The notes under the pieces are model-generated. The model searched no databases, was not told the DNA's origin, and saw nothing but the letters and a program-made list of their open reading frames with translations. Both the position numbers and the translations under genes were made by a program. From Anthoceros angustus (taxonomy: Eukaryota > Plantae > Anthocerotophyta), in the NCBI GenBank assembly GCA_010909165.1, contig MU008150.1, forward strand, positions 186,001 through 250,000: 64,000 nucleotides of DNA, given 5' to 3'. Below, piece by piece: positions 10,998 to 24,624 of the stretch (position 1 is its first letter; every line of letters begins with the position of its first letter).

Positions 10998-13900
10998 ATG
11001 GCAGCTCAGGCTTCGAAGGCTCAACGAGTAGCGGAGAAGAGGCGGAAACTCAAGGCGCAGTATGCAGGGGGAAATGGCAATGAGTCTGGGGCGCAGGTAG
11101 AGGCTGGGGACTCTGTTTCTCATGATGCGGACGATACAAGTGGAAGTGGACAACTTGGTGATCAGCAGCTTCCGGATATCGCTTCTGGTGAGGATGGTAA
11201 GTCCAGGAGGGTTTTGTTTATCAATGACCCCAAGACTACCAACGAGCGGTATGAGTACGCGGGGAACGTTGTACGAACTAGCAAGTATACATTCCTCTCG
11301 TTCCTTCCTCGGAATCTCTTTGAGCAGTTCCATCGTGTTGCGTACCTGTACTTTCTGGTGATTGTGATTCTCAATCAGTTTCCGCAGCTGGCTGTCTTCG
11401 GAAGAACAGCGTCAATTTTCCCACTCGCGTTTGTCCTGGTTGTCACTGCCGTCAAAGATGGATATGAGGATTTTGGTCGCCATCGGTCTGATAGGAAGGA
11501 GAACAACAGGTTGGCTTCTGCGTTTTCGGATGCTGAATTCAGATTCAAAAAGTGGAAGTCGATACGAGTTGGAGAGGTGCTCAAAATTTATGAGAAAGAG
11601 ACTGTGCCGTGTGACGTGGTGTTGCTTGGCACCAGCGATCCCAGTGGGGTTGCGTATATTGAAACACTGAACTTGGATGGGGAGGCGAACTTGAAAAGCA
11701 GGTATGCCAGGCAAGAGACTGTTTCCAGAATGCAAAACATGGCTTCTCTGGCAGGAAGCCTTACATTTGAACCTCCCAATAGGAATATTTATGAGTTCAC
11801 TGCTTACATGGATTTGGATGGAGTGCAGCTCCCTCTTGGTCCCAACAACATCGTTCTTCGTGGCTGTGAAGTTAAGAACACATCCTGGATTATTGGAGTG
11901 GTCGTGTATGCTGGCCAAGAAACTAAAGCGATGCTCAACAGCTCAGGGGCTCAGTCGAAAAGAAGTCGGTTGGAGAAGCAGATGAATCGAGAGATAGCTT
12001 GGCTTGCTGTATTTTTGATCGTCATATCTTTGGTAGGAGGCATAGGAATGGGGGTTTGGGTCAAGAACCAAAGTGATGAGCTTAATGCGATTCCTTATTA
12101 TATCAAGACCGATCCCAGCACTCAGAAATCGTACCACTTTTATGGGCAGGTTGGCGAAGCCATTTTTGGTTTCTTAGGTTGCATCATAACATTTCAGGTT
12201 ATGGTTCCCATATCGCTTTACATCTCAATGGAGCTCGTTCGTTTGGGGCAATCGTATTTCATGACTGAAGACATGGATATGTACGATCCTCAGACAGACA
12301 GTCCATTCCAAGCTCGGGCCCTGAACATTAATGAGGATCTGGGGCAAATCAAATATTTGTTCTCTGATAAGACTGGCACTCTGACAGAAAATAAAATGGA
12401 GTTCCAAACCGCCAGCATCAGTGGAGTGGATTATGCCAATGCGACATTGTTGTCAGAATCTGCAATCCTTGATGAGGGATCTCAAGAACAAAGCGATATT
12501 TCCACTGGTAAAATTCTGTCCGGCTCTGATGGCCTCATCTTACTGCAGTCGGGGTCTGCACTAGTGTGTGCGCACTTCACTTGAAAAACTGAGAGATTCA
12601 TGATGATGCCGATGCTTTCACGGTGTTTCTGTTTCATCTGTATCTATCTTGCCGTTGTTTCTGTTCTGTAGCCTCTGGGGTGCTGATGTTTGATTGGCCT
12701 CCTTCCATCAACTTTTGTGAGGACGTGTGATGGATGCCTTATGAAATTGGTGGATAAGGGAATATGACTGATCTTTCTTCTTACAGGTAGTGTCAGCAAG
12801 CGAACGTGGAGGCCAAAATTAGGTGCAAAGTTGGACCGAAGGCTTGTTAATTTGTTACAGTCCCAAGCTGACACAGTAGAACGAAGGGCAGCTCATGACT
12901 TCATGTTGGCGCTGACTGCTTGCAATACCGTTGTTCCCGACTCAACTGTGGAACAGCTGGAGGGTGCAGCAGCTGGTGATGTCTCCGGAGCTATGAAGTA
13001 TCAAGCTGAATCCCCGGATGAGCATGCTTTGGTGTCTGCTGCTGCTCAGTATGGATATATTCTCTTCGAGCGTAGTTCAGAGCATCTGCTTATTAGTGTA
13101 TTGGGGACTATGCAGAGGTAATACCTGCACATTGTTTGCTGTGTTCGTCTGATGGCTGACTCCTATTTGAGTGGTTGTTACTTTCAATTCCGTAAGATTC
13201 CGTATGATGGCAACACAACTTCTTGCTGTGCAGGTTTGCTGTCTTGGGAGTGCATGAGTTTGATAGTGTCCGGAAGCGCATGTCAGTGGTTTTAAAGTGT
13301 CCTGATGGGACAGTGAAGGTTTTTGTGAAGGGTGCAGACACAGAGGTCTTGGAGCTAATAGCTGTTCAGTCCGTGTCAAACCAGGGTATGAGCAATGACA
13401 GTGCATCAAAGTACCGCGCCGAGGTTATGCTTTCCACTTTGAGTCATCTAGATGGCTATGCCAGGGAAGGTTTGAGAACACTCGTGGTTGCAGTAAGACA
13501 GTTAGACCAAGATGAGCTTGCAACCTGGCAGTCGGCTCACTCGAAAGCCAGCATTTCACTGAGGAATCGAGTGGGTATGATGCGTTCTGCTGCAGAATTG
13601 GTGGAGAGAAACTTGTCTCTTCTCGGGGCTACTGGCATAGAGGATAAACTCCAGGATGGTGTCCCAGAAACTATAGCTTCACTTCGAGAAGCTGGCATTA
13701 AGGTTTGGGTTTTGACAGGAGACAAGCAGGAGACAGCAATCTCCATTGCCTTTTCTTGTCTACTTCTGACCAGGGAAATGGAGCAAATTATCATCAATGA
13801 ACCAACCAAAGAGGGTTGTCGCGATGCATTATTACAGGCAAGAGTCAAACACAATACTAGACAGCAGGAGTTGTCCAAGGCCAAGAGGAAGCACCGCTCT

Positions 13901-15582
13901 TCAGTGACTGAAAATGCAGCTGGAGTTCCTAATGCAACCGATGGCGTTCTTGATGTGAATGAGCTTGAGCATCACAGGACTAGAGAGTCAACGAGGCTGC
14001 CACTCGCACTTATCATTGATGGGAACAGCCTTGTACATGCACTGGCTGAAGAACTGGAGCAGGAGGTGCTCTTTCTCACCTTGAAAATTTTGTGTGTGTA
14101 TTTTTGTTCGTTGGATTCTGCTTTGCTGGTCTGCTGACTTTGACACGCGCATTGGACCTGCAGCTGGTGGAGCTGGCGCTGTTATGTAAAGTAGTCGTAT
14201 GTTGCAGAGTTGCCCCATTGCAAAAAGCTGGGTTAGTCTCATTAGTCAAGAGGACAACTAACGAGCTCACTCTAGCAGTTGGTGATGGTAAGTCCTCCTG
14301 CTCGTGAATTCACAGTTTGCTGATTCTTTGTAATGTGCTGGTTCAATTTTGGATCACCCATGGCCTCTGCCAGCTCCCTGGTCTCACAGACAGCTTATGG
14401 TCTGCCTGTTTTTGTAGGTGCCAACGATGTCTCAATGATACAAATGGCAGATGTTGGGGTAGGCATTACTGGACAGGAGGGAAGGCAAGCTGTTATGGCA
14501 TCTGATTTTGCCATTGGACAGTTTAGGTTTTTGAAGAAGCTCCTCTTGGTTCATGGGCACTGGAACTATCACCGACTTGGCTATATGGTGCTCTATAACT
14601 TTTACCGTAATGCTGTCTTTGTGATGTTGCTCTTCTGGTGAGTGCACTAAATCTGCACAGTAGGTGGCTAGGTTTCATTGTGCTGTTGAGGGTCTAGAAA
14701 CGTTTGTTGTTTCAGGAACGTTTTAATTAAACAGGGTGATGCTTGACAGGTACATCCTGTACACAGCGTTTTCCCCGTCATCAGCTCTGACGGACTGGAA
14801 TCTTGTTTTTTATTCATTAATATATACCTCAGTGCCCACCATAGTTGCTGGCATACTGGACAAGGATATCAACAAGGAAACTTTGATGGCCTATCCCCCC
14901 TTGTATGGTCCAGGTCAGAGGGGGGAAGCTTACAATAGAGTCCTGTTTTGGGCTTCGATGCTGGACACGTTGTGGCAAAGTCTGGTTCTCTTCTATGTAG
15001 CCTTTTTCACATTCAAGTCCAGCTTGGTGGAGATTTGGAGCTTGGGAGACTTGTGGACCGTTGGTGTGGTTGTACTAGTGACCGTCCAGCTTGCAATCCA
15101 TGTACGGACATGGACGTGGATTCACCATCTCGCCTTATGGGGTTCTGTGCTTGCCACATTTATATGTCTCTTTGTCATGGATTCGTGGGTGGTTGAGAGT
15201 CTCCTCTACCATTACTGGTAAGGTCACTTCCTAATTCATGACGGCCATGTCGTGACAATTATAAGATTCTGATGAGATAGAAGTTCGAAAATTGGCCTTG
15301 CAACTTCTCATAATCGTTGGCTCATCTGTGCTTGTGACGTGGAATCTGTGCAGGTCAATATTCCATATAATTTCTACAGCCGCCTTCTGGTTGGACATCC
15401 TGCTTATGTTGGCCTTGGCGCTGCTCCCTCACTTCTTCGTCCTGGTAATGCAACAGCGGTTTTGGCCGTCCGACATTGACATTGCCCGTGAGCTCGAAAG
15501 TCAGGGGCGCACTGTGGACAGGGCTTCCGTTGTTGAGCTCAATGAAGTCCCTCACCTGGACAGGGGACAGACGGATGCTTAA
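10998..15582 (+). CDS. ALA1: Phospholipid-transporting P4-ATPase (aminophospholipid flippase, ALA1-like), 7 exons
   Basis: Motifs [90 protein letters not shown]. Approximate exons: 10998-12507, 12787-13117, 13234-14065, 14164-14287, 14418-14637, 14750-15217, 15354-15582. Confidence 0.93.
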
Positions 15583-16506
15583 CGGGCAAGCATCTCCAGT
15601 GCACACATTCTTTGAGGTCTGTAACATAATAAGGCGGTAGGACATGCTTGATTCGGAGTCCCATGAGGGGAGCCAAAGGGTCCTGGGACATTGAGTAGCA
15701 TAGTTTGTAGGTAGGCTCTTTCTCATTTTTTTACAACGCCATCACCATGCTCGCAATACACCTTGTAATGTATTGTCATTCATAAGCCAGCACCCTGAAG
15801 AGTTGCAACAACTTCTCTTAGTATTGCCATGTGCTCTCTCAAGGGAAAACATTTCCTTCGTGATCTGTGTATGTGATCAAGCAAATGGCCAGGCTTTCAC
15901 TGAATCAGCTAGTAATATGATGTGGATAATAGGCCATTTGGACGAGCGCCAGGTGGTGGTGCACAAACGGCAACAGCCTACACGCTGGGTCACGCGTGGC
16001 ATTTTGTGTAGGCTCCTCGAGTTGTGTTCCATGGAGCACCAAACATCTCACCCCATTTCCGCAATTGCGGCGCCTCCTCTGATTTTGTTGACATTTCCAC
16101 TTCCCGAGCAGGTTCATTCTCATTCTTTGCTGTATTCGAATTTTCAGCAGCAACATCTTGAAGGCAGGCGTGAGAGGAAGAGGCTCTTTTGGTGCTCAAC
16201 TGCTAGGATTCCTGGTGAGCTAGACTTTGCAATTTTGGAGAATGCCTGCTCTCTCGGTTAGTGACGGTTTTTAGAATTGGCTGGTAGATGTTTCCTGGCT
16301 ATGCAGCAGACGATGCGCAATACTTGCGCCTGCACAAGAGTGCATGAGATTTAGCTCTATCCCGTGAGGAACGAGGCTCGTATTCGTGTCATGATCGACG
16401 GAACCACGTCTTGACTTGTGCACATCTTTCTTGCAGGAAGAGGATTGCAATTTCGTGACAGGCGTGCGCATCCGGACAACATTTGCAGCTCTGCGAAATT
16501 TCAGAT

Positions 16507-19500
16507 ATGGCTCTGCTAGTGCAGGGATCTGCAATCGGCGCCCGTGCTTTGGAGGCCAGTAGAGCAGGTTTGGAAGTAAGAGGAAGACGTCAAATAGCGC
16601 TGCTGCAGCCTGTTCCTTTTTCTGTAAGTCGCGGGGCTGCTTTGTCAAGAAGCACAGCACGGCGAACACGGACCGGCGAGGATTCGGAGGATGTCGGGAT
16701 TTGGAAGTGCTTTGCGTCGGGTGGATCCAGAAGAGACTGGCAGAAATTGACGGCCAGAACGAAGAAGAGACGAGCAAGTATGTTTTCTAAAGCAATGCAT
16801 CCTCCCCTCGTTGTGTCTTCAGTTGTGCTTAACAGGATGCGGTTGAAAGCAAACATGTGTACGCAACCTGGACGGAAGTCAGCAGCGTCAATGTCCGGTG
16901 ACTAAGTTTGGATGTTGTAGGAGAATGGAACCAAGTGGGTTTCCGAATGGCCGCAGTTGGCGTGTTATGCTGAATTTATGCTAGACTTTACAGAGTATGT
17001 AGCTTATTGTGGCTCTCACATTCGTACAGGGCATATGAAGGGTGTGACGCCTACGCATCAGGATCTGCTTGATGAGCTGGGGCATGAGGTAGAATCGGAT
17101 GAAATTTTGGGTGCAGAAGACTATCCAGATGATGATGAGGAGCTTGACAACGCCAATGAAGACTCTTTGGAAGGAGTAAGTGGTGTTGAAGGCAAAGGAG
17201 TTGTGGAGCAGGAACAACAATCGGCATCACTTGTGTCTTTGCCAAGGAATGGAGGAAGCACCCATGACTACGTGCAAGATAATAGGCAAGGGAATCACTC
17301 CCACGGCAATAGTACTGGTGCTGCAGAAGAAGCATCTGACAATCCTAAGCAGGGAATTACAGCTCCAGAAAGTGCCAACCGTGCTTCTCTAGAGCGAGGG
17401 AACATTAGCCAGGATCATTCTGGGAGGGTTGCCACAGGTCAAGCAAACGAGGTGCTCACGTCTGCTGGCAAGGTTGTGGAATTTGGTCAAGAGACTGTTG
17501 ACGAGGTAGAGAAGCAAGTAGTGAGAGCTGGTGAGGCTGTCGGACAGGATCTTTCCGATATTGGAGTAGAAGTGGGTAGTACTGGTGGCAAAGTTGTGGA
17601 AATGGGTCAAGCGACTGCCGGGGAGGTAGCGAACCAAGTGCTAAGAGCTGGCGAGGCTGCCGGAAAGGATCTTTCTGATGCTGGAGCAGATTTGGGTAGA
17701 ACTACTGGCAAGGTTGCAGAGATAGGCCAGGATACAGTAGAAGAATCTGGAAAGCAGCTGGACGAAACCAGCAGGGTCGTTGGAAATAACTTTTCAGAGA
17801 TACGTGACGAGGGGCAGAGTTTAGTCCAAGAAGGGCAAGATTTTGGCCGCGCTCAGGTGATCTTAGTTCCCACATTTGTCATACCCGAACTGATGTCCAA
17901 GTGGGTGGCTTATGAAAATGTTGCCAATACGTACCTTCTGGCAGGTAAGAAGAGGTGAATCACAGCTTCAACAGGACGGTGGCCAAGTGTTCCAAAGCAC
18001 CCAGGCAGCGCTGGACAGACTAAATAGTAAGGCGCAAGTTGCTGCCCAGAGGGTGCAGGAGTCATCCAGGAATGCGCTCTCTTCCACTCTTTCAGGGAGA
18101 GACAAGGACGATCATTCTGATGCAGGGTCTGAGCCATCTAAGAATGGATCTGCTGTGGTGAATGGGAGGACGGCAACTGAAGAGAAATCCAGTGAGGAAT
18201 CCACCCTTGGCAGACGAGAGCCAGAACAACCAGAACTCAAAGAAACAGGGAAGGCACTCAAAGTTTTTGTAGCTGGTGGTTCAGGCCGGCTTAGCAGGTA
18301 AGCGGTATGATAGAGGTTGCTAAGAGTGCCTGAATACGTTTGGGACATGCGGGGCAAGCTGATGCTGGTTGGAAGTTGCAGATTGATTGTTGACGAGCTG
18401 ATGAATAAAGGCGCAAATGTCAGCACTTTAGCACCAACAAATAGCAACACTTCGCGATATCTCAAGAGACTGGAGAGTGTGAAGGTACTGTTTCCTTCCT
18501 GTAGGTCTTGCTAGCAAATCCCATGGTTTGGTCGCCCAGACCTAGTTGCCTGGCATACGTGTGTGTACGGGCTGTAGTGGGTCCATGCATCTGCCTAAAG
18601 CTGAGGTCGTCCTCTCAGGTGGTTGAGGACAGTTCATATAGATATGAAGCTGTGAGGAAAGCACTTGCAGAAAGGTAATACTCCCCTAGTCTTTTCATTT
18701 TGTAGCTGCCACATGAAGTGCCACCTTTCCTTTCCAAATTCGAACTGTTCCTTTTCTTCCCTCATTTTGAAATGGGATTGTGCTGCCATGTCTCGCCTTA
18801 CCAGCGATGCTGTCATCTGTGCTCTTGGAAACGAAGTTCACCCTTTTGATCCACTGAAGATGTTCCAGGTATGGACCTGGCTTTGCTCCTGATTCAGATC
18901 ATGTTCTAGATTTTCCCCTATAGATGGGCAACTCAATATCCTATTTGCAGGAGGCATACGAAGGGGTTTTAAATCTCGTGGCAGCTGCCAAAAACAAGGG
19001 CAACATAAAGAAGGTTGGCCTGAGTTGAACTTTCAACTTGATTGTCCAGTCAATGGATGCCCCAGCATTTTCATTTAGGCAGTCTGCCTATTTTCAGGGT
19101 ACACTCGTCCTAGCCGCCCACTTTTCAAAATTGTTGGTTCTAACTCGGGTGTATCTGGCAGTTCATCTTGGTGACGTCTTTGGGGGTCACTCGTCTGCAA
19201 GTTATTCCTTTACTGTTCTGGTACTTCTTCTTTGTCATTTTTTATATGCATCATTTCTTTGAGCAAACCTTTGTCGGCAGTTGAGAACAGTGGCATCGCG
19301 ACTACACAGGAGAAAACAAGCCGAACTTTTTCTGCAGCGTTCAGGTCTGGACTATGTGATAATCAGACCAGGACTCACTGCCGGCTCTGGCAGTAAGGTA
19401 CGCCATACTACTCTCAGGTTCCTGAAGGGTACTTCAATTGTACAGACACAGCAAAGCATATATATGACACTAAAGGTCCTCGTTTTCAGTGGGACCGGAT

Positions 19501-19846
19501 AGAATTACATCCGGAAGACTCTCAGCTTGTGGGCTTCGTGGGCGAGCGTAAGGTATGTCCATGCAAAGCCCTGGGTATGACCAGCTGTTCACATAGGGTT
19601 TTCCGTTGACTAGCGGTGCGTTTAATGCAGGTAGCCGAGGTGTGTGTTGCGGCGTTGACTTCAGACATCTCTCAGAAGATCGTAGAAGTATGTTCGGTGT
19701 TTGGATGTTGCGATGCCTTGCTATTCTAGCCATGGAGGCGTGAGGGCCCTTGCTTACGCTGTTTTTTGTGGGAAACTATGTAGGTTGTCGGAGGTAGCGG
19801 ACGTTCTGCAAGCTCGGACGTAGCAAAGCTACTTAACAGTTTTTAG
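16507..19846 (+). CDS. Probable plastid-targeted protein: transit-peptide-like N-terminus, acidic region, 3x40-aa repeats, C-terminal NAD(P)-binding Rossmann domain (Tic62-NAD/atypical SDR-like), multi-exon
   Basis: Exons encode KVFVAGGSGRLSR, LIVDELMNKG, DAVICALG, NLVAAAKNKGNIKK, FILVTSLGV..PLLFW, KKQAELFLQRSGLDYVIIRPG. The N-terminus is S/R/A-rich. Stop TAG at 19844-19846. Confidence 0.75.
17458..17817 (+). repeat. Coding tandem repeat, 120-bp/40-aa period, 3 copies
   Basis: TSAGKVVEFGQETVDEVEKQVVRAGEAVGQDLSDIGVEVG / STGGKVVEMGQATAGEVANQVLRAGEAAGKDLSDAGADLG / RTTGKVAEIGQDTVEESGKQLDETSRVVGNNFSEI. Confidence 0.85.
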
Positions 19847-20047
19847 ACAGTCCGTCACCGGAGGACATTCCGCTTAGACATTCTCTACATGGCAATGACT
19901 TGCCTCTGATGTTGCTGCACAGAACATGAACATTCTCAACATGGCAATGACTTGCGTCTTAGGTTGCTACACGGAACTTTTACATGCAAAAACAAAATTG
20001 GACACCACACATTTAGTGTATTATGCACAACGTGTCCACCTCATCTT

Positions 20048-21259
20048 TTACTTTGGACCACTCGTTTTCGAAGGACCAGCTCGCTCCACCATTACATCAT
20101 ACAATTGCTTGCCATTCTGACAGAAGCGCGGCAATATGAGTAACCAATGACATAAGATGGTGGTGTGCTTGTTTTGATCCAATGCGAAACAGCACACAAC
20201 TTACAAATATGATGGGAAAGAAATGGATCTGCCCTTCAGGTTTTGTCTGTGTTTCCTTGAAATACACCAGAACCGGGAAGCTGGGCCACCAGAACTCCCA
20301 GTTGACGAAGGACGAGTACCTGCAACAAGGCAGCACTGAGCATAGCACTTGGGCACCCTTGCATTCAACTGGAAATCCGAGAGAAAACCTTACTTCCACC
20401 GATTCTGTCCTCCAACGAAGGCATTCTCCCCTGACTCCTCCAGCTCCTTGCCAATTCTCACGTCCTGCAGTGTCGGCATATCAGTACGAAAGAGACACCC
20501 GGATCCGAGAGATTTCACACAGCCAACAGCCCACACACTCTACCCAAAATAAAAATACGAAGACCGTACGTACCAAGGCCTCATCGTCGAAGACGAACCT
20601 CACACGGCCTGCCTGCAACACAAACGAGAGAAGAGCATAATCACCCAACTTCTACGCTGACGATCACGTCCACGTCGTCAGCGACCACGATTGCAGAAGC
20701 AGCACCTGAACCAGCAGAAGCAAACCAAGTAGCCCCAGGGGCACGGCAGTCACCAAGTTGTCTGCATATACACTTGCACCCGCGGCACCTGCTCCACCAC
20801 ATCCCAACAGTCAGTTCTGCATCCGCCGTCGTCACTCTTCAATTCAAGCAATGTCAACATTACCCAGCAGAATAATGGGAATCCGGTAGTCAGCATCGGG
20901 GATGACTGTCTCCCTCACAACTTTCTGCAGCCCACCACATTCCATCAGCACGTCGTCTTCGTACCACACCTCACTGCAGCTCCACCAGAATGCACCATCT
21001 CACGCACCTGGGGTTTCCGGCTCTGGAAAAGAGCAACGACAACGTTCTTGCCGGCCAATTTCAAGGGGGACCCATTTCGTGCCTTCAGCGTTCGGGATGA
21101 TGTGAGCAGCGAACTACTACTTCCAAGCCCAAGGACTCCGTAGCTCCCCACACTGCCGGAACAAGGTAGCTGGGCGGCAGCACCATGGTTGGACTGCCTA
21201 GCCCTGATGACCCCAAAGCTGTAAGTCTGCACGGGAGTGGCACAGCAAAGCGATGCCAT
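20048..21259 (-). CDS. DUF3119-family plastid membrane protein, multi-exon
   Basis: Transit-peptide-like first exon. Later exons encode ADNLVTAVPLGLLGLLLLVQ, RVRFVFDDEAL, GENAFVGGQNRW, YSSFVNWEFWWPSFPVLVYFKETQTKPEGQIHFFP, NGKQLYDVMVERAGPS. Confidence 0.8.
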
Positions 21260-21423
21260 GTCCACCTGTCCCGCAAAAATGACGAGGAGATGGACCGCTC
21301 GATCCTTGTTTCCTCACAAACTGTGAACCCAACAAAACCTGTTGCACTGATCCAGAACTAACACCGTGACCAAACAGTGTTTAACCAAGATGACAGAGCT
21401 GCCTTGCCTGTAGCCGGGCACGT

Positions 21424-23244
21424 TTATTGCGAAGACACCAATGCCGGTGCCTGATCACCTTGCACTCCGGCGGGACGGGTGAGCAGCTGGTGGAGCAAAA
21501 TTCCAGCCGCAACACTCACATTCAAGCTATCTACAGCAGCTGCGGGTCGCAGCAAGGATTCCACTTCCGGTTTCCTAACCCTATGCTCTTCCTCATCGTT
21601 CTCGTCGTTCCTCAAGGTGTGCGGAAAGGAATGGTCCCAGCTTGGCGCACCAACGATCCGAACGGTCTCCGTACAGGCCCGCCGCACGTTCGTTCTGAGG
21701 CCCTTTCCCTCGTTCCCCAGCACCAGAATGGTGGGCACTGCAGGGGGGAGATCCCAAACCGATGGTGCTCGCGGATCGGCCGAGGCACCCACGGCTTGCC
21801 AGCCGTTCTGCACGGACCTGTCCAGAAACCTTACCATGTTCTTGCAGCACTGCACCTCCATCACCTCCAGCGCACCTGCGCTCGCCTTGCTGACGACCCC
21901 GCTCAAGGGAGCCGAGTTCTTGGCACACACCACCACGCCAGCTGCACCCAAGAAAAATGCAGACCTCAAGATAGCCCCAAAGTTCTGTGGATCCATTATC
22001 TCGTCCAGAGCCACCCAGACAGGGGCTCTGCCACCTTCCTGCAGCTCCGGCCGCTCCAGCTCCTCTGTGAGCACCAACTCCAGAGGTGACGCATCCAGGA
22101 CCAGCCCTTGGTGAGGTCTGTTCTCCACCAGCAGATTGAGGTTGTGCTTGGACGTCACCACCGTCTGCAAGCCCATGCTCTTGGCAGCATTCAGCACCCA
22201 GGCCACTGCTGCCTTGTCCTTCCTCTTCCCCGTGGCCAGCTTCTCCTCCATCCCCACCTGCACATAGAGCGTGTGGAATTTCCTCCGGCAAGCCTGCAGA
22301 GAAGCCTGGATCGGATTCACACCGTACACTGCCTCGCCCACGGCCTTCAATGCGCTGCTCTGCTGTGTGTATTCCGTCCGGTACCCCCGCCCCCATGGTG
22401 CCCTCCTCTCCTCCTCTTCTTCCACTTCCTCCTCCTCTTCCATCTCCTCGTCCCCATTGTTATCATCATCGTCCCAGCTTGCAGCTAGTTTCCCAGAAGG
22501 AGGTCCCCACTGAGCTCTCCGAACAGAGGACGTGCCTGAGCTACGCCGGCTACCTGCTTTCAGGCCGCGGCCATCCTCAACACCTTCCCTGACGGAAGAT
22601 CCTATATCACCCCATTCCCTTGCTGCAAATGCCACATTGTCCATCACCTGACCCTCTCCATCCTTCCGGCGCTGGTACGAAGCCGTAGCCTCACCACGCT
22701 TCTCCTGAACACCTCTACCCTCTCCCCTCCTGAACCTACTGCTGTCCTGTGCCCCATTTCTGCGATCCGTCTTCCAGCTCGCAGCACCGTCCTTCCTGTC
22801 TGCACCTGGACCCTGCCTCGCTCTTGCCTTCCCCAGAACCTGCTTCCAGCTCTGTGACAAGTCTCGCTTAGGAGGAAAGCGGACAGGCTCCTGCTGCGCT
22901 GGGCCCTGGTCGCCAGCACCTCCGGAGAAGTACGCATCTGCAGCCTCATCCCAGGTACTGGTTCCTCGGTCGCTAGCCTGCCTGCAAACGACACCCTGCA
23001 ATCTGGGCCTCCTTTCCCGCTTCCTCAAGAAAGTTGCCAACCTGAATCCAGCAGCTCCACGGCTAGCCTCCTGCAAACCCCGCAGGTTTCCTAGTGCCTT
23101 GGCAGAGCACACTCCAGCCGACTCCAGGTGCGGCATTGCATTCATCCACGAAAACGGCACCAGACGGTAACGGAAGGAGGAGAGAGCCCGCACCATCCCA
23201 GCCGATGGTGCCAAGGAGCATGCTAACCTAACCTTGAGATTCAT
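21424..23244 (-). CDS. SpoU/SPOUT-family rRNA methyltransferase (RlmB/MRM1-like, organellar), single exon
   Basis: 606-aa ORF with VYGVNPIQASL, HQGLVL, ALDEIMDPQNFGAILRSA, VSKASAGA, LVLGNEGKGLR, DSLNVSVAAGILL. Confidence 0.9.
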   Translation of the reverse strand: MNLKVRLACSLAPSAGMVRALSSFRYRLVPFSWMNAMPHLESAGVCSAKALGNLRGLQEASRGAAGFRLATFLRKRERRPRLQGVVCRQASDRGTSTWDEAADAYFSGGAGDQGPAQQEPVRFPPKRDLSQSWKQVLGKARARQGPGADRKDGAASWKTDRRNGAQDSSRFRRGEGRGVQEKRGEATASYQRRKDGEGQVMDNVAFAAREWGDIGSSVREGVEDGRGLKAGSRRSSGTSSVRRAQWGPPSGKLAASWDDDDNNGDEEMEEEEEVEEEEERRAPWGRGYRTEYTQQSSALKAVGEAVYGVNPIQASLQACRRKFHTLYVQVGMEEKLATGKRKDKAAVAWVLNAAKSMGLQTVVTSKHNLNLLVENRPHQGLVLDASPLELVLTEELERPELQEGGRAPVWVALDEIMDPQNFGAILRSAFFLGAAGVVVCAKNSAPLSGVVSKASAGALEVMEVQCCKNMVRFLDRSVQNGWQAVGASADPRAPSVWDLPPAVPTILVLGNEGKGLRTNVRRACTETVRIVGAPSWDHSFPHTLRNDENDEEEHRVRKPEVESLLRPAAAVDSLNVSVAAGILLHQLLTRPAGVQGDQAPALVSSQ

Positions 23245-24624
23245 CAGCTCTTAGTCCTTGTAACGAAGCCTGGCAAGCCACATGTTAGTCAGTGATCGTC
23301 CTCAGGATCCATGGATGGCAAGGGAGATGACCGAGCCTCCCAGAACCGGAGGCGGCGGGAAGCGGACACGGAGCCGGACCGGAGCAACCTTCACCCGCAT
23401 CGATGCAACGATCGTCTGGAGGACTTCATCTTCGTATGCAAGCTCCCTCACTCTGGCATGTTCTCCGGGGAACAGGGCAACCGTTGTGCTTGCTGATCGT
23501 GGTGGTTGTCATACTTGCAGGCACTGTTTGAGGGGGAGCCAACCAAGAACCTTCCGCGGCCATGGAGGTTGATGTGGGAGTGCTTCACGTCCAAAGTTGG
23601 GTGAGTAGCGGTGCTGGGAGAGTGTCAACCAGGCAGCGGGATACGGAGCTGACCCCTGTTATGGTGGTATGGTGCAGGGAGGAGCCTACTGAACCCTTCT
23701 CCTTCCTCAAACTCGATCCTCCTAAGAGGGGTGGCGGTTCCTCAGAACAGCAGCCAGCGTGACGTCTCTGCTTCATCCAGCTTACACTGACGGCGTCTTT
23801 CATCATATCATGTACCAGCTGAGACAGTGTGGTGTCTCCGACCTGGGATGTGATGAAGGCAATTTGAGGAGCTGGTTTGAGCTGACGTCTGTGGCCAGAT
23901 ACAACATTTTTCTCTGCACTCTTTGGGCAGAAAGAAGAGGGCCAATTGCAACAAAGGAGGGAAGGCTTATGGAGATTGCAAGCTAGAGACAGATCGTTCT
24001 TGGCCACCTTTTTTTTTTTTTGGATAGGATTGGATTAGGAAGGAACAGGACAGGACCGGACAAAAGAGAGATTTGGAAAGAATGCTTGTACCATGACTCC
24101 CAGACCTGATGAGCGACTAATGCTCTTTTTAGTTTGCTCTGAGCTTGATGATTGATGGTACGAGGAGTTTGTAGGGCAACTCTTCGTCAAGCAGGGCGTT
24201 TTGTATGATGCCATGTCCCAGCTGATCCTTGCCATCGGTACCCAACGCTAGCATGTCTTCAGACACCAAGCTGCAAGCTGCTGTCCTTTGAGTTGACTCC
24301 TAAGTACAGAAATGCTTTGTGCTTTCTGATCGAATGGACTAAGAGAGTAAGACCACAGACCAAATAAGCTTTAGTGTGAACCATTCACGATTCCGTCATC
24401 TCCAGGAGTCACCATCCCAGACATGTCAAAGATTTGCATGTTGCTGTATTGCCGGTGATCCATTTCCGAGCTTCTGGTTGAATTGAAAGTCCTGTAAATG
24501 CGATAGCTATATACGCATGATGCTCCTTCTGCTGGGAGGTTGAGCCTGTTTCTTGAGGCTGGCTAAGATAAACAAGTCACTCAAGAATGCCATCTCGCAG
24601 GTGAGCAACTGGCGGGGGGTAGTG

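Noticed and set aside
23282-24500. Short ORFs and a T14 tract suggesting a retroposed or LINE fragment
   Set aside because: No RT or endonuclease motif and no TSD could be identified.
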